Below are positions 1-12,120 of a stretch of 64,000 bases of DNA, piece after piece. The notes beneath the pieces were generated by a model. That model worked only from the letters and a program-made list of their open reading frames with translations. It ran no database searches and was not told the DNA's origin. Position 1 is the first letter of the stretch. Each line of letters starts with the position of its first letter. The stretch lies in NCBI GenBank assembly GCA_016748015.1, contig JAAOMT010000602.1:1191696-1255695 (forward strand), given 5' to 3'. Source of the stretch: Geosiphon pyriformis uo1. Its lineage: Eukaryota > Fungi > Glomeromycota. A program made the position numbers and the translations under genes.

Positions 1-1301
<1,301 letters not shown>

Positions 1302-1659
1302 TTTTTTAAACCAACTTGTTTACAGAAAGAGATTTGTAGCAAAGAGTGGTTCCTCGTTTTAAAGGATAATTTAGGCCGGAAGAGTGATCGTTTTACATAT
1401 AAAATAACATGATGGAAAAATGACATAATTAACTGCGTAAAAGATTCTTGTGAAAGGTCTTCTGATGTGGCGTGATATAAATAATTTCTTAAAATGACGG
1501 TTGCTTATGTCATTAAGAACCAAGCAAATCAATTTAAATATGTCATCTTAGATCAACAGACAATAGTACACAGATAAAAACAATCGTTTTAAATAATAGG
1601 ATGTAACAAATAATTATTATATGATTTAAAACAAAAACTTTTAATATTGTTTTCTAAAA

Positions 1660-2560
1660 TTATTAAATGAATAATTTAGTATTATTAACATTTTAATATT
1701 TTATTGTATTTTAGAATATATTATAAAAACTATTACAAATAATATAAAATTACAACTTTTTTTTTGTATTTTTATGACCATATTCAGAACAAAAAGTAAA
1801 AAAAAGCAATCTTTCTTTCTTTTATTGTTTTTGTTAATTTTATATTTAAAAAGCTTTTTTAAAAGTAAAACAGCTAAACAATGTTTTTTTCTTAAATATT
1901 AAAAACACAAAACAATTTTTAATTGTTAATATAATATTTTTTTAGCTTTGAATAAAAGTTTTTTTTTATTTAAAATTTTTTCAAATGACTAATTAAAACC
2001 AGTTTTAATATAATTATATTTTTATTTAATAAATGAATAATTATTATTAAAACAAAAAACTAAGATTTTTAATAATTAATTAATAATTTATTTTTTATTA
2101 TTATTATTGCTTAAATAATCAAAAATCCAATTTTTTTTTAAATTATTGTTATTCATTTTTTTAAATTACAGTTTTTTTTGGTGATTTTAAAATAATACAT
2201 TTATTTTAAAGTCTGTTTTTTTATAAAAAATAAGATATTGACTTTACTTACTTTTTTAATATTTATACTAATTTTTGTTATATTTATATTAGTTATAATA
2301 TTTAATTATAAACAATAATTTATTTTTAATTTAAATAATAACAATAATAACATATTTATTAAACTTAATTTTGATTTATATATAGCTAAATTATTTAATA
2401 TATTAAATTTTAATTAATTATTATTGATTTTAAAAATAAAAATTATGTTTTTATACATAAATTTTACTGATTAATTTTAAAAATTATTTAATTTTAAAAA
2501 TTTAAGTAGATTAATTAAAACTAAAAAAAAATTTTGTTTTTAAAAAATATAATTAATTTT
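1660..2560. repeat. Very AT-rich left arm of a degenerate long inverted repeat (partner about 37790-38460)
   Basis: Several collinear blocks match the reverse complement of the right arm, e.g. TTTTTCAAATGACTAATTAAAACCAGTTTTAATATAATT (about 1977-2015) vs the reverse complement of about 38207-38247. Confidence 0.65.
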
Positions 2561-2661
2561 TTATTATGCTTTAATAAAATCTAACTTAATTATTAACTAT
2601 AACATAAAATTCAATAATCTTATAAATAATTATAATTTATATGTTTTTTATATAATTAGCT

Positions 2662-2824
2662 ATTTTTTTTTTTTTTTTTTAACGAGTGCAGTCCAATCAC
2701 TATCTAGTATACAGAATCAAAACTATGGACTCTAGCTAAATATGATTCATGTATTTACTATATATGACTAGTTATTTAGACTAATCTAGACAATACTATG
2801 CACTTATATGAACAAATATCATAT
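2662..2824 (-). mobile_element. LINE 3'-end stub with poly(A) tail, cut by the LTR at 2825
   Basis: Reverse complement reads CTAGATAGTGATTGGACTGCACTCGTTAA(A)n, the same 3' motif as the LINE ends at 25793, 27658, 37406 and 37683. Confidence 0.75.
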
Positions 2825-3455
2825 TGTTATAGTTGAAACTTATACTTCTTATTAATTATTACATATATTAGCCACTGATGTCATATAAATTAGCCACTTT
2901 ATTTTTAGAAAGTGATCATTAATCACTTTTGATAGCTATATAAGTAATGAATCTCTTAGCTGTAAAAAAGCATGTAGAAATCAAAAAAATTAAATAAATA
3001 AAATAACAACTTTCATCTCAATCATTTTCTTATCACTAATTTCTCTTTTCTTACTTTTAAGTATCCAAACATTTTGAGATAAAAGATCACTTGTTGGTTA
3101 TTTCCTATCCTTTTCCTAAAACATATAATTGCAGCATTTGAAGATTATTGAATAAAACGTGACTAAAAAGTAAATCTAATACTTAATATTGAATTCTAAG
3201 AGTGCTAATATAAGGCATAGAATTATATCAGGCATGATTATTTGTTGACAGTATAGACTATCCCTCTACCTTTAGATTTTCCAGTTATCTTTTGAAAAGT
3301 ATAGCAACTGAGATATTTTATAAGACTAATCTTGCACATTGAATCCATACTTATTCAATTTGCTCTTTAAAGTTGAATTCCCTTTGATTATTTTCATCAC
3401 CCTACAATTCTGTTCTTTCTTGTTATCCATTAGTTTGTTACTCCAACCTGTAACA
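2825..3455 (+). repeat. 5' LTR of element 1 (type A)
   Basis: TGTTA...TGTAACA termini, TATA-like CTATATAAG at about 2936, followed by a PBS-like TGG tract. Confidence 0.7.
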
Positions 3456-3461
3456 TAAAAG

Positions 3462-3480
3462 TGGTACTCTTTATGAGATT
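3462..3480 (+). promoter_or_regulatory. Primer binding site of element 1
   Basis: TGGTACTCTTTATGAGATT 6 nt after the LTR end, similar to the PBS at 12061. Confidence 0.65.
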
Positions 3481-3507
3481 GTCAAAATCCACTTTGTTTT
3501 CTATTGT

Positions 3508-6130
3508 ATGGGTGATTATTCATATCTGCCACAACAATCAGAAGAATACTTTAAAGCACACAATAAAAACGATCTAGACTTTATTGAATTCAATCCTTTG
3601 CCCTCCTGCTTGATTTGCTTCTCCATTGAAGAACAATCTAGCAGACAATTCCAAGACTTTTGGAATTGGTTCTTAAACAAGCATTCAGCTGAAATCTACA
3701 CAGCCTATACAACCTATTACTTTGACCAAGCTTATCTTAAAGACAACTTTGAAGAAAAAAACAACAGCATTAATCAACTTTTATACTCAACAACCTTTGA
3801 ACAACAGCCCCCTGATTTTGAATATCTGAATCATCAAATCCACATTTAGATTGCTGCTCATCAATCAACTGAAACTTCTCTTGAAACAGAAGAAGAAAGC
3901 TATCAAACTACTCCCGTTTTTGATCTTTTTTCAAGTAAATCAAAACATTTCACACAAATAGTTACACCTGAACCAATGACTCAAAACCCTCTACAACAAA
4001 ACATTCTGATTGCCCTTCAAGGTATACAGACTGCTTTAGGGCAAAGAAACAACACCCCATTACTATTATTCAGAGGTGATGCCCAAGATCTAATTGAATA
4101 GCTAAATAATTTTAAGAGAGCTGCTACAGCAAATCAATATAATAATAAATACAAGTTCCAAATCATTGGTGGCTACCTTCAAGGCTCTCTTGCTACTTGG
4201 TTTTCACAAAAAACCAATGCCAATACTCAACAAAGAATCATTAGATGGATACCAGCAAATACTGAAGAAAATAACACTTTTTTCACTACCCGGTTTGAAA
4301 CAAAATTTAGAACTCCTATCTTAATATCCAAATAGTACATAGAATTGGAAAAAAAAACCCAAGGCCCAGAAAAAATAGTAACTGAATATGCTAAAGCCAT
4401 TAGAAAACTAATTAAACATGTAGACTCTAATAGAAATTAGACAGAAGAGCAAAAGATTCATTCCTTCACAAAAAGATTAAGAACTAATCTCTCATATGCT
4501 CTTTGGTCTCTCCTGGCCCTGAAAGATAATCTCACAATAGATATGGTCATTGAATTTGCCCAGAGAATAGAAAACAACCAAAAAATGCACTTAGAATCTA
4601 CTCTTTCAGTTTTTGCTTCTGCTTCTGTCATGGTTCCAGCTCCACAAATGGCTGCTACTTTTTTTGCCACTCATACTCAAGATTCCAATGAACAATTAAT
4701 AGACAGACTTACTGCTAACCTTGTTTGGCTATTAGAACCATTAGCCCAAGCAGTCAGAGACAACCAGCAATTCCAAAAACCCAGATTTGAACCTCGTTTT
4801 AATCAGCCCCAACAACCACTATATTAAAGACAACAAAATCATGATTCACCTGTGTGTTATCATTGTGGATTAACTGGACACTTTTCCAGAGACTGTAACA
4901 ATCTTCCATTGCTCCCTCCAGCTTCTAAAAATAATGACACCCAGAATAACAGACTTAACAATAATAATGTTCTCAATCAAAGACTCAATCATGCCAACAT
5001 TAATTTCTTTAAAGAGGATCCCTTAATTGAAGCTATTGTTTATTAGTCTTTAAACTAATAGGCACACTTCCAAAAGATGAGAGTGCAAGCCAACCAGAAG
5101 AAAATCTCTTTTATGTTTTTAATCTAACTGATAATAACCATGATATGGATAAACTAGCAATTAACACCTTTGAATTAACAAGAAAGAAGAAAAAAGCCAA
5201 AGTTAATTTTGTTCTGGACCCAAATAAAGCATCCAAATCAACTGCTAATAACAATGAGCCACCAAAAGCCAAAGTTTTTAAAAAGCTTCCAAAGTTGGAA
5301 CTCTCAGAAATTGTACAAAAATCTGGACCCTATTTTGTTGTTAAAGATTTCATAGAAACTTCAGCTCACATTACATTTGGCCAACTAATAACCCATCCAC
5401 AGTTCAGAAAAGATCTTCGCAAATTCTTAATACTAAAGAAGAAGACATCAAAAACCAACAAACACCCTCGCCAAGCTGGACTTGCTGATAACAACAACAT
5501 CACTCTTCTGATTTGTAAAGCCCAAGTGGCTGGATACTTTATTGATCTGATCTTAAACAGTGGATCATCTGTTAGTGTAATTGCCAAATACTTTCTTGAA
5601 GCAATTGGCAGAAAGATTGATGAGTCTTTTACAAGACCAATGACCAACGTACATAGTAACAAGAAAAAAGGTCTGGGCATAGCCAAAGCTATTTCTGTTC
5701 ACATTAATGGTATTAGCATTGAAACAGATATGGAAGTATTTGAAGCAAAAGAGTATACCATCATTGTTAGTAATGAGTGGCTTAAGAAAGCCAAAGCACT
5801 ACTTGACTATGAACTTTGCGAACTAACTATCAGATATAGTGAAAAACCCATTGTGATTAAATGCTGTCATTGGACAACTTCTCCAGCAACCAAAAAGAAC
5901 CAAGAAAAAGAACAATCAGATGAATCAGATGATGATGAAAGTAACAATGAAAATCAAGAAGAACCAGAAGAAACTGCTAAACTCATCTATATCATCTTTA
6001 CCAGCAATGGCAAGCCATTGGACAATGTTAAAGCTGACAAAAAAAGAATTATGATAAATAGCAAGCTAATCTGCTGGCCTTACTATGATATCCTTAGAAG
6101 AACCTTTGACAAAAAACCTGGCAAGAAAGC
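3508..6130 (+). pseudogene. gag and aspartic protease of element 1
   Basis: Zinc knuckle CYHCGLTGHFSRDC at about 4855. Protease ILNSGSSVSVI (decayed DSG) and IIVSNEWL. Premature stops present. Confidence 0.85.
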
Positions 6131-6800
6131 CAAGTTTTTGGAACATGTAGTGAGCAAAGATGGAATTAAAACAAATCCAGACAAGATTGAAGTAGTTAAG
6201 AACTTTTCAGTACCAACCAACTTGACAGAACTAAGAGCATTTTTAAGTTTTGCAGGCTATTATTGCCATTTTATCAAAGACTTTTCAAAACTGGCTCAGC
6301 CACTTCACCATCTACAGACTAAGAATGTGAAGTATAAATAGACCGAAACTCAACAAGAAGTGTTTAACACATTAAGAAGAAAGCTTATTCAAGCTCCAGT
6401 ATTGATGTATTTAGATCACAGCAAACCATTCATAATTACCACTGATGCATTAGGTCAAGCATTGGGAGCAGTACTATCACAGAAAAAATCAGATGGAAGA
6501 GAACATTCAATAGCTTATGCCAGTAGAAGCTTAAGTCCAGCTGAGAAAAACTATGGAACTCCAGCACTAGAACACTTAGCTATCTATTGGGCTGTCATTA
6601 AATAAAAAGAATACTTGAGTCAAAAGTTTGAAGTATACACTGATCACAAAGGATTGACTTCAATCCAGAAACAAAAATTTGCAGACAATTACTATATCAG
6701 ATGGAAAATAGAACTTTCACCATTTAATTATACAGTATATTATAAAAAGGGAAAAGACAATAAAAATGCTGACAAATTGTCACAAATGAGACAAATTTAA
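6131..6800 (+). pseudogene. RT thumb/connection and RNase H of element 1; RT catalytic core absent
   Basis: KFLEHVVSKDGIKTNPDK, ITTDA, IAYASRSL, VYTDHKGL, NADKLS. Closely similar to 17613-18282. Confidence 0.9.
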
Positions 6801-6829
6801 AACCATTTCAACCAAAAATATAACAAAAA

Positions 6830-8206
6830 ATGAATATACAAAAATACCAACAACTTCAATATTATATAAATACTCAATTGTTTAAGAAGAAATTATCTCA
6901 AAAAGAACAAAGAAACATAAAACAACAATCAAAAAATTTTATCAACCATCAAAATATACTTTACTGAAAAAACAGAAGAAATCCAGATCAACCAATTAGA
7001 GTAATCACAGAACCAGAAAAAGAGACAATATTATTCAACATGCACTCAGACCCAACAGCAGGACATTTTCATAAAGAAGCAACCATGGAAAGAATCAGAA
7101 AGAAATATTATTGGCCATCAATGTATCCAAATATCATCTAATATGTTCAGAATTGTGATGCTTGTCAGAGAAGAGGTAGAACAAGACCAAGTGAACCATT
7201 AAGACCAATCAAAGTAGGACAACCATTCAATCGCATTGGAATTGACTTAGTCGGACCATTAACAATCACCAGCAGAGGCAACAGATATATCACAGTAGCC
7301 ATGAACTATCTCACAAAATGGCCAGAAGCAAAAGCCATTCAAAGAGCAAATGCAGAATCTGTTGCCAAATTCATTCATCAAAATTTGATATGTCAACACG
7401 GATGTTTAAAAGAACTACTATCAGATCAAGGAATTTATTTTGTGAATAAAAAATTAACAGAATTAAGTCAAAGATTTGAGATAAAAAGACCATTATTATC
7501 ACTATATTATCCACAAACAAATGGACTAGTTGAAAGGTTTAACAGAACACTGTGTAAAGCAATCACCAAAATTAGTCAATAAAACTAAGATGAATGAGAT
7601 TTGTTTATACCATCAGTATTATTTGCTTATTGAACAATGAGACAAGATACTACACAAGCAACACCATTTGAATTGGTATATGGTAGGATAGCAACATTAT
7701 CAGTTGAAAGAAAGGTCAGCACATATCCAACAGAACCAATAACAGAAGCTAATTTCCAAGAAATATTGTTGAGAAAAACATATAACCTAATGAAAACACT
7801 AGAAAACAGATAACGAAAAGCAGCTGATAACATTCAAAAGTCTCAAAAAAAGAAAAAAGAATGACACGATAACCAATTACCAGATAAACCAGTTAAATTC
7901 AAGATTGGAGACAAAGTATTTCTACATCATACCAAAGCAGAAAAACAATGGAATGGAAAATTTGATCCCAAATGGAATGGACCATTTCACATAAAAGAAA
8001 TTCTTGAAAATAAAGCTTATAAACTAAGATAGGACAACAAAATCTTAGCCAAAGCAGCACATGGTGATTGACTGAAACCATATCACCAAATAGCATCATT
8101 ATCTACCAATAACATTCCACAATTAGGAGTACAATGAATACTGGTTCAACCAAATGAGATTCTACGAGATCTGGAACCAATCATAATCATTGGATCAAAC
8201 ATGTAA
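6830..8206 (+). pseudogene. Integrase ORF of element 1 (separate frame)
   Basis: Own ATG 29 nt after the RNase H stop. HHCC (MHSDPTAGH...CDAC), IGIDLVGP, LLSDQG, PQTNGLVERFN, WNGPFHI. Confidence 0.9.
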
Positions 8207-8266
8207 AATCAAACAATAAAAGAATATATAAAGACACAGTATATGTGACAAAGACAATCAAGAAAA

Positions 8267-8902
8267 ATAGAAATACCAGATCATATTTACATCATAGCTC
8301 AACAATTATTCCAGGCCTTAAGTCAACAATCTTTAGACATGGAAATTATTGTTAACAACCAAACAATTTGCTATTGAAACACCAAAAGAAAAACAAAGAA
8401 TACATCATATTAGCGGTTACTAAAAAATGATAAAAACTGGTCAAATAACATAATAGAAAAAGTAAAAAACACTTTTGAGAAAATACCTATTATGGCACCA
8501 ACAGAAGAGCTTACAAAAGAGAATTGAAAGCAATAAACAGAACAACTTTTAATATTATACTGTTACTACCAGTTAGGTTGAAAGTTAAATATTCAGGAGT
8601 TGTATATAGACAAATCCAAGAGAATATTCAACCAAGACATAATACAACAAATTGAAGAATTTATTGGAAAGAAAACAAATTCAATACTACATGTTAAAAC
8701 AATATACTGACTACACAACATATTTCAGAACTATCCAGAAATACTGTTATATTCTGAAATAGAAACCATAACCATTAACCAATGGAGAAGAATAAACAAT
8801 ACACAAGTAAAAGACGTGAAAAACAGAGTCAAACAAACAATACTTGAAAAAAAAGTATTAGAATTAATTCAAAACAAAAATTTCAATGGAGCTCAATATT
8901 AA
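8267..8902 (+). pseudogene. Extra 211-aa ORF of unknown function between IN and PPT (element 1)
   Basis: 636 nt in one frame, EIPDHIYIIAQQLFQAL...FNGAQY-stop, interrupted only by point stops. Start codon reads ATA here and ATG in the homolog at 19753. Confidence 0.7.
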
Positions 8903-8915
8903 AAGGAGAAGATAA

Positions 8916-9791
8916 TATTACTCATAAAAAGAAAAACAGATATAGAAAATAGTAGACCAATAAGAAAATAGTATCTAGCATGTGAGCATATTGCTCAGCA
9001 ATGTGGAGCAATATCAGAAATTATGGCACATTGCTCAGCAATATGGAGCAATGTCAGAAAGCATAGTACATTGCTCAAAAATATGGAGCAATGTTAGAAA
9101 ATTAGGGCACATTGTTCAGCAATGTAAGCATTGCTCAAGAAATCATAGCACATTGTTCAAAAATGTGAGCAATCTTGTAGAACATCAATTATGTATATAT
9201 AACAGTAGCATTAGAAGTAAAAAGAGCAGAATCTCTAGTTAGAAATCTTCTATCTACAAATATTAAATAAATAAATTATCTACTATTCAAATCCATTCTT
9301 CACTATCAACACTTCATGTTGATAGTAATTAATACTTAACTATACTGGAACAATAGCTCTTGATCATGGCTATTGACAAGATACTAACTTGTGTATCGCC
9401 TTGGCTCATTTCTTTATTTTCTTTTATTTATTTCTTTTTTTGATTTTTCTTGTTGAATATTAACCAATTAAGAATTAAAGCGCTGAGTAATTAACATCAC
9501 GGATAGCCTGGTAAAAGACCCAGAAATAAGGGTAAAATTAGATATATATTAACAGATAGCTTACCAGAAGGGCATGAATGTCAGAATAAACTGGCCACCA
9601 AGTTGAAGACAGAAATTGGGAACACAACTCACCAACCAACTACATTGTTATTAAATCTCTGTTCATTATACAAAAGACTCCACTTTAAAAACCTTCAAAT
9701 ACAACCAACATGCCAATAACATCAGTATTGTCAAGATATTGAGCACCAAGTTACAGATTTGATTTGAGACCCCAAATAATCATCTGTAACA
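8916..9791 (+). repeat. 3' LTR of element 1 (type B), preceded by PPT AAAAGGAGAAGA
   Basis: T(G>A)TTACTCATA...TGTAACA. About 40-bp tandem U3 repeats at 8983-9172, TATA at about 9195. Homologous to 20394-21139. Confidence 0.85.
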
Positions 9792-10001
9792 CCAGCCATT
9801 ATGCTAAGAAAAAAATTTGATAGAATTGCAATTCTGAAAGGCTATGGAAACAACAATTGAATCTCTGTCTATTATACAAAGATCTCTACAACAAAACCTT
9901 CAGATCAACAAAACTTTCAGATACTAATGCCAAAATATCAATCAAGCACCAAGTTACAGATTTGTTATTTGTTTTGAAACCCCAAATAATCATTTGTAAC
10001 A
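9792..10001 (+). repeat. Second type-B LTR U5 end in tandem (remnant of another LTR)
   Basis: Repeats the CCAGCCA...AAGCACCAAGTTACAGATTTGTTATTTG...TGTAACA U5 terminus. Confidence 0.75.
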
Positions 10002-10179
10002 TTATCCAAAATGTTCAAAAACACATGAACAACAGTAGTATTTTATTGCCATGGACCATTTTTTATTATAGCATGTACTCATTAATGACAATTTTTTGCC
10101 ACAATTAATACAAACTATCTTTGACTGACAATACTGTAAATTAGCATAAGAAATAGTATATAGAATATAAATAGAAATA

Positions 10180-11112
10180 GTTGTTTTAGGTTTTTTTTTG
10201 TTTTTTTTTTCTAGTCTGAAATTGGTGGCAGTTTGTTGTAGTCCTCTTTGGCCCATAATACCTAATACATTTCTTAGGTAGGCTTTTTTTTTTTCTTTAA
10301 ACTTGATTAGTGGTTACTTGTTGATAGTGGTTTTGAAATAATTACAAGTGGCTAGTACTCAAATGTTTTGGCTATTTTGGCTTAGTTGTAATTTCTGGGT
10401 GTTCTAATTAAGCATTATGTTGATTTTAGACAGTCAGTTATTACCAATAAAAGCTTGGTACTAGATGGCTTCTATTACCAATATCTTGATTAGTACCTTA
10501 ATGTTATTGACTTTAAATAAAAAGTTATTGATTTCACTAATTAAAGTTTTTGTTGTTTCATTAGCAGTGATTATTCTTTTGTTGGCAGCTCAATCAACTC
10601 AGTAACTTAATTGGTCCATGAATTATTGTGTGATGATGCTGTCTACTAACTTGCTATCAAAAATAAATTTGATAAGTTGGCTATCAACTTTTATGTTGGT
10701 GTATATTACAGTAATTAGTTTCACTTCCAAAACAGCTCTACTGAATAGAGATGTTTTGACTGTTTCCTTGAGTTCAAAAAAAAAAATGGCAGTAAGTAAT
10801 TTGTTTTTAATGATTGTTGCTAGTGGAATATTGTTGAGAAATAGTTGAAGTTAATTGGGTTTCAATAGATTGGATATGATAATTTCTGAAGATAACAAGA
10901 GACTTAAATAGCATTGGGCATAGTTAATTCTTGAATTTTGCTGTTGAGATCCAAATTACTGGGCTGCTAAACTGAGGATTGATTAGTGTATTACTATTGT
11001 CAATTGCCAATTTTGGTGAATTTAAATAGTTTTCAGTTTTTGGCTTCTATTTTGAGATAAGTTTTACAGCTGACTTTAATTTGATTGGAGCTAATAAATA
11101 ATTTGGGGCTGG
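10180..11112 (-). pseudogene. gag 3' end and protease of a minus-strand Gypsy element (probable continuation of element 3)
   Basis: Reverse complement is homologous to about 14040-14950 (LIFDSKLVDSII, TPI-EI and YQALIGN-like segments). Confidence 0.75.
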
Positions 11113-12058
11113 TATTACTCATAGAATATAGGAATTAAATATTAGTACATAAATTAGCCAATTAGAATAAACATAGTAAAAATGAAATTTCAGGATTCTT
11201 CTTAGAGAAATTGCAGGATTCCAAGAATTTTAGAATTCTCATATAAGGAATTGCAGGATTCCAGAATTCCAGAATTCCTCTTAAAGGAATTGCAGGATTT
11301 CTGAAATTTCAGAATTTCTAGCTAGAGAATTAAAGAATTCAAGGAATTTCATATAATAAAATTTATGTATATATAGTAGTAATATTAGAAGCTAGAAAAA
11401 AAGGCAAGAAGACTTTCAGAGTCAGTAGAACTCTTAGAGTTAATTAGACTTGCAAGTCATAATTATTAGAATTTTTTAGTTAGAGACCTTTTAGTTTAGA
11501 TTTAATTTAAGCGACCTTTTAACTCACAAATATCAATAAATAATTATTTTCTATCTCAAAATTCATTCTCCACTATTAATACTTCATGTTAATAATAATT
11601 GATACTTAACCCTACTGAAACAATAGCTCTTGATCATGGCTATTAATGGGATACTAACTTGCAATTGCTTTTGTTTATTCTTTATTTTCTTTTATTTTTT
11701 TTTATTTTTTTTGTTATTTCTTTGGTTTTACTAAATTGATTAAGGATTAAGCGCTGAGTTACAGACATTATAGGGACTGGTAAAAGACCTGTGAAACAAG
11801 GGTAGAACACTCATAGATTTGAGAATAGCTTACCAGAAGGATTACCAGCCACCACACTGAAAAAGAAATTTGATAAAACTGTGGTTTTGGAAAGCTATGG
11901 ATAAAACCATCAATTAAATTTTTGTCCATTATACAAAAAACTCCACAACAAAATCTTCAGATAAACCATACTTTCAGATATCAACACTAGAATACCAACC
12001 AAGCATTAAGTTACGGATTTGTTATTTGATTTGAGATCCCAAATAATCATCTGTAACA
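11113..12058 (+). repeat. 5' LTR of element 2
   Basis: T(G>A)TTACTCATAG...TGTAACA. U3 built of GAATTGCAGGATTCCAGAATT repeats. R-U5 matches the 3' LTR from about 11490 onward. Confidence 0.88.
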
Positions 12059-12060
12059 TT

Positions 12061-12077
12061 TGGTACTCTCTGTGAGG
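12061..12077 (+). promoter_or_regulatory. Primer binding site of element 2
   Basis: TGGTACTCTCTGTGAGG, 2 nt after the LTR end. A related minus-strand copy reads TGGTGCTCC. Confidence 0.75.
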
Positions 12078-12120
12078 TATAATTCTACAGAGAACTAGCA
12101 CCAACAACAATCATCCAAAA

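Larger units (their letters stand above)
2825..9791 (+). mobile_element. Chimeric, RT-deleted Ty3/Gypsy LTR retrotransposon (element 1)
   Basis: LTR, PBS, gag with CCHC knuckle and protease are fused directly to RT thumb, RNase H, IN, extra ORF, PPT and LTR. The 5' and 3' LTRs are unrelated and no TSD was found. Confidence 0.85.

Noticed and set aside
8983-11350. U3 tandem arrays as CRISPR-like repeats
   Set aside because: No unique spacers and no cas genes; the arrays lie within eukaryotic LTRs.
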